Translations under genes and position numbers: made by a program
NCBI GenBank assembly: GCA_964533235.1
Contig: CAZHLQ010000394.1
Span: forward strand, 1 to 46,698
Origin: an uncultured Gudongella sp.
GTDB taxonomy: Bacteria > Bacillota > Clostridia > Tissierellales > Tissierellaceae
DNA length: 46,698 bases
Direction: 5' to 3'
The notes under the pieces: generated by a model
The model's database searches: none
Told to the model about the DNA's origin: nothing
The model's input: only the letters and a program-made list of their open reading frames with translations
Part shown: positions 39,474 through 46,698 of the stretch, one piece after another
How positions within the stretch are numbered: the stretch's first letter is position 1
Layout of the letters: every line of letters starts with the position of its first letter

Positions 39474-40439
39474 ATGTATCCAGGTTATATAACGGATGTT
39501 GAGGGGATAATAGTAGGACATGCCCAGTCGGAAAGTGCATTGACAGGCTGTACAGCCATAATTTGCCATGAGGGTGCCACGGGAGGAGTCGACGTGAGAG
39601 GCTCAGCACCGGGTACCAGAGAAACCGATCTGTTTAAGGCAGAAAAGCTGGTGGACAAGGTCCATGCAGTAGTTTTATCAGGTGGATCAGCATTCGGGCT
39701 GGAGGCTGCATCAGGAGTCATGGATCATCTGGAGGAGCTTGGCTTTGGCTTTGATGTGGGGGTTACAAAGGTACCAATCGTTGCCTCAGCCGTTATCTTC
39801 GACCTCGCAATAGGAGACCACAGAGTCCGGCCCGACTGGCAGATGGGCTATAAGGCTGCTGCAGCCGCATCAAAGGACGAGAGCAGACAAGGCAATATAG
39901 GCTGTGGAATGGGGGCGACCATAGGCAAGCTGCTTGGACCATCAAAAGCCATGAAATCCGGACTTGGAAGTGCAACTGTAAGAGCGGGTGAGCTTGTAGT
40001 ATCAGCCCTTATATGCGTCAATGCATTTGGAGACATATATTTGGAAGGAGATCAAATAGCCGGAGTCTATGACTATGAACAGAATGAACTGGTCAACACC
40101 TATGAAACTATGAAGAGTATGGCAGTATCACCAGGCTTTACCAATACAAACACCACTATAGGAGTAGTTGCTACCAATGGAACCCTTACAAAGGCTCAGG
40201 GAAATAAGATAGCGCAGTCAGCTCACAATGGCATGGCAAGGGCAATAAACCCAGTCCATACTATGGTAGACGGAGATACATTATTTACAATGGCAACCAA
40301 CAGGATCGAAGCCGATATCAATGTAATAGCCGCCATGGCACAGGAAGCAGTAGAGAAGGCAGTTATAAATGCAGTTATGGCTGCTGAGGGTCGAGCAGGC
40401 TTAAAAGCATACAAGGATATCCAAATAAAAGTATTGTAA
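39474..40439 (+). CDS. P1/S58-family (DmpA/NylC/ThnT-like) self-cleaving amide hydrolase
   Basis: ITDVEGIIVGH, GSAPGTRE, LSGGSAFGL, VNAFGD, N-T-T-IGVVAT autocleavage motif, DGDT; ATG 39474 after AGGAGTG; no signal peptide. Confidence 0.88.
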   Translation: MYPGYITDVEGIIVGHAQSESALTGCTAIICHEGATGGVDVRGSAPGTRETDLFKAEKLVDKVHAVVLSGGSAFGLEAASGVMDHLEELGFGFDVGVTKVPIVASAVIFDLAIGDHRVRPDWQMGYKAAAAASKDESRQGNIGCGMGATIGKLLGPSKAMKSGLGSATVRAGELVVSALICVNAFGDIYLEGDQIAGVYDYEQNELVNTYETMKSMAVSPGFTNTNTTIGVVATNGTLTKAQGNKIAQSAHNGMARAINPVHTMVDGDTLFTMATNRIEADINVIAAMAQEAVEKAVINAVMAAEGRAGLKAYKDIQIKVL

Positions 40440-40462
40440 TCGAGACTTTATGAATATATAAT
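40434..40462 (+). promoter_or_regulatory. sigmaA promoter of panT-coaX
   Basis: TTGTAA-17 nt-TATAAT. Confidence 0.75.
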
Positions 40463-40477
40463 TATGAAGGAAATAAG

Positions 40478-40546
40478 CTGACATCAGCAAAGAGTCAGAC
40501 TAAACAAACAGGAACAAAAATACGACTGGTATCCAATAGGAATCAG
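40478..40546 (+). ncRNA. pan-motif-like cis-regulatory RNA (two hairpins, each with a bulged A)
   Basis: CUGAC-A-UC/AGCAAA/GA-GUCAG (40478-40498) and CUGGU-A-UCC/AAUA/GGA-AUCAG (40526-40546) in the 5' UTR of pantothenate genes. Confidence 0.75.
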
Positions 40547-40560
40547 AGCGGAGGGATCTT

Positions 40561-41313
40561 ATGAAAAATGGTAAAAAGTTAGATGTAAGAAGACTGGCAG
40601 TAGTTGGAGTATTGGGAGCTATTTCTATCGTGCTTGGTATGACGCCGCTTGGCTTCATACCCGTCGGACCCACCAGAGCGACTATAATGCACATACCGGT
40701 AATAATCGGAGCCATTATGGAAGGGCCTGTAGTTGGAGGGCTGGTAGGACTCATATTTGGTATATTCAGTATTTACCAGGCGATAACGGCACCTACCCCT
40801 GTCAGCTTTGTTTTTTTGAATCCGATAGTGTCAGTACTGCCGAGAATACTCATAGGTATAACCTCATATTATGCCTTTAAGGCACTCAGTAAGATTGGAA
40901 ATAAGAGGACGACATGGCTTCTATACGGGATATGGGCAGCCATAGGCATATATCTGGTCAGAGGTATTTACAGCAGCATCACAAACTATACCACTATCTG
41001 GCCACTACTGATGAATGCTGGGTTGTTGATTTTGACGGGGCTAATGGCATTCCTGACATCAAAGACTCTTAAGGACAAAGCACTGGATATTATAATCCCG
41101 ACAATAATTGGAACGTTGACCAATACAGTTGGGGTCCTGTCCATGATCTACATTTTCTACGGCGAGAGGTTCGTTCAGGCTATCGGCCAGGACATCGACA
41201 TGGCACGAAAGGTGATCATCGGAATAGGCATAACTAACGGAATACCTGAATCTATAATAGCGATAATAATAGTAACAAGCGTAGTGACGGCACTCAGAAA
41301 AAGAAAAAAATGA
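40561..41313 (+). CDS. panT: ECF transporter S component, PanT-like, with a hydrophobic insertion
   Basis: [44 protein letters not shown]; directly upstream of coaX. Confidence 0.82.
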   Translation: MKNGKKLDVRRLAVVGVLGAISIVLGMTPLGFIPVGPTRATIMHIPVIIGAIMEGPVVGGLVGLIFGIFSIYQAITAPTPVSFVFLNPIVSVLPRILIGITSYYAFKALSKIGNKRTTWLLYGIWAAIGIYLVRGIYSSITNYTTIWPLLMNAGLLILTGLMAFLTSKTLKDKALDIIIPTIIGTLTNTVGVLSMIYIFYGERFVQAIGQDIDMARKVIIGIGITNGIPESIIAIIIVTSVVTALRKRKK

Positions 41314-41327
41314 AAAAAGGTGAAAAT

Positions 41328-42101
41328 ATGCTGCTTGTAATCGACGTTGGAAATACCAACATAGTCTTTGGTGCATACGAAGGGAAAAAGCTCGTATACG
41401 ACTGGCGTATAGCTACAGATAAGGAAAAGACCTCTGACGAGTACGGACTTCTGTTTGACCAGATGTTCAAATACAACGGGATCGACAGATCTCAGGTTCA
41501 GGACATCATAATATCGTCAGTAGTTCCTACTCTGATGCATACTCTTCCTGCCATGAGCCAGAGATACTTCAAGAAGGATCCGATAGTTATCGGACCCGGA
41601 GTAAAAACCGGAATGAATATCAAATACGACAATCCTCGGGAGGTTGGAGCTGACAGAGTGGTAAATGCAGTTGCAGCCTACGAGAAGTACGGAGGCCCGG
41701 TAATTATCGTAGACTTTGGTACAGCCAATACCTTCTGCTTTGTAAACAAGGAAGGCGAGTATCTTGGAGGAGTGATCACGCCAGGTATAAGGATATCTGC
41801 CGACGCACTTTTCATGAGGACTGCAAAGCTGCCGAAGGTCGAGATCCTTAAGCCTGAAAAGGTAATAGCCAGAAACACGATCACAAGCATCCAGTCAGGT
41901 ATTGTATACGGCTATATAGGAATGGTGGACTCTATCATTGAAAGAATGATCGAGGAGATGGGACTTACCAAGGATGAGGTTACAGTTGTTGCAACTGGAG
42001 GGTTCTCAACCCTAATCGCCAGTGAAAGCAAGTATATCCAGTATATAGATAAATTCCTTACTCTGGAAGGCTTGAGAATAATCTATGAGAGAAACCAGTA
42101 A
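41328..42101 (+). CDS. coaX: Type III pantothenate kinase
   Basis: IDVGNTN, SSVVP, GADR, VDFGTA, GGVITPG, ATGG, LTLEGL. Confidence 0.95.
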   Translation: MLLVIDVGNTNIVFGAYEGKKLVYDWRIATDKEKTSDEYGLLFDQMFKYNGIDRSQVQDIIISSVVPTLMHTLPAMSQRYFKKDPIVIGPGVKTGMNIKYDNPREVGADRVVNAVAAYEKYGGPVIIVDFGTANTFCFVNKEGEYLGGVITPGIRISADALFMRTAKLPKVEILKPEKVIARNTITSIQSGIVYGYIGMVDSIIERMIEEMGLTKDEVTVVATGGFSTLIASESKYIQYIDKFLTLEGLRIIYERNQ

Positions 42102-42125
42102 GTAGCCAGCCTACTTACTTTCTTT
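42097..42125 (+). terminator. Hairpin/terminator after coaX
   Basis: AGTAAGTAG-CCAGC-CTACTTACT-TTCTTT. Confidence 0.6.
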
Positions 42126-42139
42126 ATGTGAGGGAAAAC

Positions 42140-43129
42140 ATGAAAATAGGAAATATAGAACTTAAGAACAATCTCGCTCTGGCACCTATGGCAGGAGTCA
42201 CAGACTTTGCATTCAGAAGGATCTGCAAGGAAATGGGAGCAGGGCTTGTCGTCACAGAAATGGTAAGCGCCAAGGGACTGTACTATAACGATGAGAAAAC
42301 GGCAGACCTTACCCACAGCCATAATGATGAAAGACCTGTTGCTCTGCAGATATTTGGCTCAGATCCTGAGATCATGGCACAGATAACGAGAGATAATCTG
42401 AATAATAGAGAAGATATTGATATTATCGACATCAATATGGGCTGTCCTGCACCAAAGATAGTCAAGAATGGAGACGGAAGTGCTCTTATGAAGGACCTTG
42501 ACCTTGCAGGAAAGCTCATAGCCTCTGTCGTACAAGCATCTAATAAGCCGGTCACGGTTAAATTCAGGATGGGGTGGGATCACAGCCGTCTTAACGGAGA
42601 AGAGCTTGCAAGGATAGCAGAGTCAAATGGAGCCTCTGCTATCACCATACATGCCAGGACCAGAGACATGTTTTATTCAGGAAATGCCGACTGGAGCTAT
42701 ATAGCGAAGGTCAAAAGGGCAGTATCCATTCCCGTAATAGGGAACGGAGATATCTTCACCCCGGAGGATGCAGTAAAAATGATCGACCGAACAGGGTGCG
42801 ACGGCGTTGCAGTCGGCAGAGGTGCTATGGGTAATCCATGGATATTCAGGGAGATAACGGATCTCATTAACGGCAGAACACCTTCTAAGCCCTCACTTGA
42901 TGAAATGCTTGAGGTAAGCATAAGACATTTCAATATGGAGATAGGTCTGAAGGGGACAAGGGTCGGAGTAAGAGAAATGAGGAAACAGCTGGCATGGTAC
43001 CTGAAGGGTCTAAGAAATTCCAACGAGGTAAAGAACAGGATAAACACCATGACAAGCCCTGAAGAGATCATTCAGGAGCTTGAAAAATATTTTACTTTAT
43101 TGAAAAATGGCGAGTCAGCTGATAATTAG
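42140..43129 (+). CDS. dusB: tRNA-dihydrouridine synthase
   Basis: LAPMAGVTD, DINMGCP, HART, GNGDI, GRGAMGNPW. Confidence 0.93.
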   Translation: MKIGNIELKNNLALAPMAGVTDFAFRRICKEMGAGLVVTEMVSAKGLYYNDEKTADLTHSHNDERPVALQIFGSDPEIMAQITRDNLNNREDIDIIDINMGCPAPKIVKNGDGSALMKDLDLAGKLIASVVQASNKPVTVKFRMGWDHSRLNGEELARIAESNGASAITIHARTRDMFYSGNADWSYIAKVKRAVSIPVIGNGDIFTPEDAVKMIDRTGCDGVAVGRGAMGNPWIFREITDLINGRTPSKPSLDEMLEVSIRHFNMEIGLKGTRVGVREMRKQLAWYLKGLRNSNEVKNRINTMTSPEEIIQELEKYFTLLKNGESADN

Positions 43130-43137
43130 GATAATCC

Positions 43138-43166
43138 TTGACATTAGCCCTCAGCTTGATTATAAT
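43138..43166 (+). promoter_or_regulatory. Consensus sigmaA promoter of greA-lysS
   Basis: TTGACA-17 nt-TATAAT. Confidence 0.88.
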
Positions 43167-43273
43167 ATGGAACATACAATCGGGAAATTTCTCGAAAAAT
43201 CTTTTAGAAATGGCTTAAAATACAGAAATACTCGGTGTCATACAATTTTGACGCCATTAAAGGAGAGAGTTTG

Positions 43274-43750
43274 ATGACTGAAAAAGATGTGTTTTTAACC
43301 CCGGAGGGGCTGGCAAAGCTCGAAATGGAGCTTGAAGAGGCAAAGCTGGTAAAAAGAAAGGAAGTTGCTGAGAGAATAAAGCAAGCGCTTGATTTTGGTG
43401 ATATCAGCGAGAATTCCGAGTATGACCAGGCAAAAAACGAGCAGGGAAAGCTTGAGGAGAGAATTGCGAAGCTCGAAGCTATCCTTAGAAATGCCAAGCT
43501 CATTGATGAAGACGAAATCACAACAGAGGTCGTCAGCGTGGGTTCAAAGGTCACAGTACTCGATATAGAATACAATGAAGAAACAGAATACACTATAGTT
43601 GGGTCAGCCGAAGCCAATCCATACGAAGGCAAGATATCCAACGAATCACCAGTAGGAAAGGCTCTGTTGGGCAGCAAGGCGGGAACAGTGGTAGATGTGA
43701 ACGTACCTGACGGAGTAATCAAATACAAGGTTCAAAGGATCGCTAGATAA
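43274..43750 (+). CDS. greA: Transcription elongation factor GreA
   Basis: [25 protein letters not shown]; ATG 43274 after AAGGAG. Confidence 0.96.
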   Translation: MTEKDVFLTPEGLAKLEMELEEAKLVKRKEVAERIKQALDFGDISENSEYDQAKNEQGKLEERIAKLEAILRNAKLIDEDEITTEVVSVGSKVTVLDIEYNEETEYTIVGSAEANPYEGKISNESPVGKALLGSKAGTVVDVNVPDGVIKYKVQRIAR

Positions 43751-43768
43751 AGGATTGGAGGTCGGACA

Positions 43769-45247
43769 ATGGATAACATCGAGCAAAGCTTGAATGAAAT
43801 GCTTCAAATCAGAAGGGACAAGCTTACTAAGCTTGTTGAAAAGGGTAAAAATCCGTTTTTGATTGAAAAGTTTGACTATACTCATCATAGCGTTGAAATC
43901 AAGGATAAATTCGAGGAGCTGGAAAACAAGAAGGTTGCCGTTGCAGGCAGGATAATGTCCAGAAGAGGACACGGGAAAGTCAGCTTCATAGATATCCAGG
44001 ACAGCGAAGGAAGGATACAGATATTCGTAAAGCTGGACGCTGTTGGGGAAGAGGAATACAATGACCTTTCCCTGCTTGATCTCGGGGATATTATTGGAGT
44101 GGAGGGAACAGTTTTTAAAACTAAAATGGGAGAAATATCTGTCAAGGCAGACAAGCTTTTGGTTCTTTCCAAATCCCTGCAGATACTTCCTGAAAAGTTC
44201 CACGGCCTGAAGGATCAGGATCTGAGGTACAGACAAAGATATGTAGATCTGATAGTAAATCCTGAGGTAAAGGAAACCTTCATATTGAGATCTAAAATGA
44301 TCAAGGCAGTCAAGGAGTACCTTGACAACAAAGGCTTCCTTGAGGTAGATACACCGATCCTGAGCACAATAGCAGGCGGTGCAAACGCAAGACCATTCGT
44401 AACTCATCACAATACACTGGACCTGGATATGTACTTAAGGATCGCAAACGAGCTTTACCTGAAGAGACTTATCGTTGGTGGCTTTGAGAAGGTATACGAG
44501 ATGGGAAGGATGTTCAGGAACGAGGGAATGGACACAAGACACAATCCTGAATTCACCAGCATAGAGCTTTACCAGGCATATGTAGATTACGAAGAGATGA
44601 TGAGACTTACTGAGAACCTGTTTGCATATGTAGCAGAAAAGACCTTGGGGACCACTACTCTCAACTATCAGGGTAAGGAGATCAACGTGGCACCACCATG
44701 GAGAAGGATAGATATGGCAGAAGCCGTAAAGGAATATGCAGGGATCGACTTCTCACAAATCAATACTGATGAAGAGGCTATTGCAATAGCAAAGAAGAGA
44801 GGCTTTGAAATAAAGCCGGGAATGACCAGAGGACATATCATATCAGAGATGTTCGAGGAGTACTGTGAAAAGCACTTGGTGCAGCCAACCTTTGTAACAG
44901 GACATCCAGTGGAAATATCCCCGCTTGCAAAAAGGAATCCTGATGATCCTAGGATCACTCAAAGATTCGAGGCATTCATCAATACCTGGGAGGTAGCTAA
45001 CGCATTCTCCGAGCTAAATGACCCCATCGATCAAAGAGAAAGGTTCGAGGAACAGGTCAAGCAGAAGGAGTTTGGCGACGACGAGGCTCATCCAATGGAT
45101 ACAGACTTCATAAATGCCATAGAGGTAGGTCTTCCTCCGACAGGCGGACTTGGAATAGGAATAGACAGGATGATAATTCTCTACACCAACACACCAAGCA
45201 TAAGGGACGTTTTACTGTTCCCTACAATGAAACCAATCGAAGATTAG
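43769..45247 (+). CDS. lysS: Lysine--tRNA ligase (class II)
   Basis: [40 protein letters not shown]. Confidence 0.97.
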   Translation: MDNIEQSLNEMLQIRRDKLTKLVEKGKNPFLIEKFDYTHHSVEIKDKFEELENKKVAVAGRIMSRRGHGKVSFIDIQDSEGRIQIFVKLDAVGEEEYNDLSLLDLGDIIGVEGTVFKTKMGEISVKADKLLVLSKSLQILPEKFHGLKDQDLRYRQRYVDLIVNPEVKETFILRSKMIKAVKEYLDNKGFLEVDTPILSTIAGGANARPFVTHHNTLDLDMYLRIANELYLKRLIVGGFEKVYEMGRMFRNEGMDTRHNPEFTSIELYQAYVDYEEMMRLTENLFAYVAEKTLGTTTLNYQGKEINVAPPWRRIDMAEAVKEYAGIDFSQINTDEEAIAIAKKRGFEIKPGMTRGHIISEMFEEYCEKHLVQPTFVTGHPVEISPLAKRNPDDPRITQRFEAFINTWEVANAFSELNDPIDQRERFEEQVKQKEFGDDEAHPMDTDFINAIEVGLPPTGGLGIGIDRMIILYTNTPSIRDVLLFPTMKPIED

Positions 45248-45254
45248 TGACCAT

Positions 45255-45278
45255 GCGGCAGGGAAACCTGCCGCTTTT
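45255..45278 (+). terminator. Intrinsic terminator after lysS
   Basis: GCGGCAGG-GAAA-CCTGCCGC-TTTT. Confidence 0.88.
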
Positions 45279-45313
45279 GTACATATAAAGCCAACTATAA
45301 GGAGGAAAATGAT

Positions 45314-46519
45314 TTGAAATTGCTTCATATTCTGTTCCAATATCCCGGAAAGACGGGAAGTGGCATCTATGTAAACAATCTGATTAAGGAAGCATCAAAA
45401 AAAGAATATTCCCAAGGCATGTTGGCTGCATCAGGTCCGGAGCTTAGCTATTACAATGACAAGCTGGACTACCTCGATCTGGTCCGTTTTGATACAGAGG
45501 AGCTAAGCTTTCCCATTCCGGGTATGAGCGACATAATGCCCTACAAAAGCACAAGATATAGAGATATGACGATAGAGCAGGTGTCTGCCTGGAAGACAAG
45601 CTTTAAAAAGGCAATAATAAAGGCAGTGGACGAATACAAGCCTGATAAGATCATTTCCCATCACCTGTGGGTAGGGTCAGCTCTGCTTGCTGAGCTGGGG
45701 TTGGGAGATAAGACAATGGCGATCTGTCACAGCACAGACATACGCCAATACATGCAGAATCCCGGCTACAGAAAATTCGTAAGAGAAGGCTGTGGAAGGC
45801 TCAGCAGGATATTCTCTCTAAATCAGACTCAGAAGGAAGAAATTGCAAAGCTCTATGGGATACCATTGGACAGGATCACTGTCATTGGTGGAGGCTTCGA
45901 TACGGAAATCTTCAATCCTATAGATAAAGAAGAATTCCATCAGGTCCCGGAACTGATCTATGCAGGCAAGCTGAGTCATGCCAAAGGACTTCTTCCATTA
46001 TTGGATGCTTACGAAGAAATAATTAAGGACACTCCTATAAAGCTCAGTCTTGCAGGAACAGGAACAGGCAGTGAGGCAGCAGAAATCATTGCACGGGCAG
46101 AAAGTCTGGGAGTGATGCTTCTGGGATCGGTAACTCAGCACAAACTGGCTGATATATTCAGAGCCTCAGATCTATTCGTTCTTCCCTCCTATTACGAGGG
46201 ATTACCGCTGGTTTTGCTGGAAGCCCTGGCATGCGGTCTGCCTGTCGTAACTACCGATATAAAGGGTCTTAAAGAATATATAGGTAAAGAGCTTGAAGAC
46301 TCCGCTCTTATTGAGTTTGTGCCACTTCCAAGGATGAGAGGTATGGATATCCCTGTTGAAGAGTGTATTGAGGGCTTCAAAAACAATTTGAAGCTGGCTA
46401 TAAAAAAACAGATTAGAAGTATTCATAAGGGGTATATAAGCTTTGCACCTCATAAGGAGGTAGTTGAAAGCTTATCTTGGGAGGGTGTTTTCGAAAGGAT
46501 CAGTTATTTCCTGAAATAA
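45314..46519 (+). CDS. GT-B family 4 glycosyltransferase
   Basis: TGSGIY, YAGKLSHAKG, FVLPSYYEGLPLVLLEALACGLPVV (EX7E). Confidence 0.88.
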   Translation: MKLLHILFQYPGKTGSGIYVNNLIKEASKKEYSQGMLAASGPELSYYNDKLDYLDLVRFDTEELSFPIPGMSDIMPYKSTRYRDMTIEQVSAWKTSFKKAIIKAVDEYKPDKIISHHLWVGSALLAELGLGDKTMAICHSTDIRQYMQNPGYRKFVREGCGRLSRIFSLNQTQKEEIAKLYGIPLDRITVIGGGFDTEIFNPIDKEEFHQVPELIYAGKLSHAKGLLPLLDAYEEIIKDTPIKLSLAGTGTGSEAAEIIARAESLGVMLLGSVTQHKLADIFRASDLFVLPSYYEGLPLVLLEALACGLPVVTTDIKGLKEYIGKELEDSALIEFVPLPRMRGMDIPVEECIEGFKNNLKLAIKKQIRSIHKGYISFAPHKEVVESLSWEGVFERISYFLK

Positions 46520-46533
46520 TGCCATATCTAGCC

Positions 46534-46562
46534 TTGACAACGCTTTCAAAAGCTAGTAAACT
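46534..46562 (+). promoter_or_regulatory. rRNA operon promoter P1 (putative)
   Basis: TTGACA-17 nt-TAAACT. Confidence 0.75.
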
Positions 46563-46590
46563 AAAAAGGTCGACTGTCGAAATAATATTC

Positions 46591-46640
46591 AAAAAAACTT
46601 CAAAAAACAGTTGACACCGCTTAAGTATAGATGCTATACT
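46591..46640 (+). promoter_or_regulatory. rRNA operon promoter P2 with UP element (putative)
   Basis: A-tract UP element, TTGACA(46611)-18 nt-TATACT(46635-46640) with TG extension. Confidence 0.78.
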
Positions 46641-46645
46641 AAGCA

Positions 46646-46698
46646 AGTCGCCTCAAGAGGGCGGCTCATGAACTTAGATAACTAAACAGTGTGAGAGC
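46646..46698 (+). promoter_or_regulatory. rrn leader: boxB-like hairpin and boxA-like antitermination sequence (RNA genes lie beyond the window)
   Basis: AGTCGCC-tcaagag-GGCGGCT followed by GAACTTAGATAACTAAACAG; tandem strong promoters downstream of lysS. Confidence 0.68.

Noticed and set aside
36-46453. Many antisense and alternate-frame ORFs in the ORF track (e.g. 31558-32199, 43646-44410, 13195-13884, 39018-39569)
   Set aside because: They overlap well-conserved genes, have no recognisable motifs, and show the Ser/Ile/Pro-rich composition typical of shadow ORFs
46641-46698. rRNA or tRNA gene at the right edge
   Set aside because: Only promoter and leader signals are visible; no mature RNA sequence lies inside the window

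Overview
Core-chromosome segment of an anaerobic Firmicute (Clostridia/Tissierellia-like; the taxon is inferred from gene content and order only). Almost all genes are on the + strand. There is no mobile element, CRISPR array or tRNA. Order: orphan amino-acid-derivative catabolic module (transporter, OsmC-like protein, two M20 amidohydrolases) facing a GAF-PucR regulator that lies 15 nt behind a T-box-controlled tyrS; superoxide reductase; RNA methyltransferase; PduO; Cys-rich PAS-PP2C phosphatase; pgi; crt-hbd; murC; the conserved spoVG-glmU-prs-pth-mfd-prsA-yabM-yabN-hup-yabO-divIC-yabR-tilS-hpt-ftsH block with the sporulation genes normally found in it missing; a complete methylmalonyl-CoA mutase/epimerase/Na+-pumping decarboxylase cluster; a ThnT/NylC-like hydrolase, pan-motif RNA, enlarged PanT and coaX; dusB-greA-lysS; a GT4 glycosyltransferase; and tandem promoters plus the leader of an rRNA operon at the right edge. 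The best candidate for an undescribed system is a pantetheine-salvage module at 39474-42101. Other leads are the T-box-coupled catabolic regulator, a 4-Cys PAS phosphatase with sigmaB-like promoters, an NADP-type Hbd and an internal promoter in yabN. All calls come from reading motifs by eye; no database searches were run.
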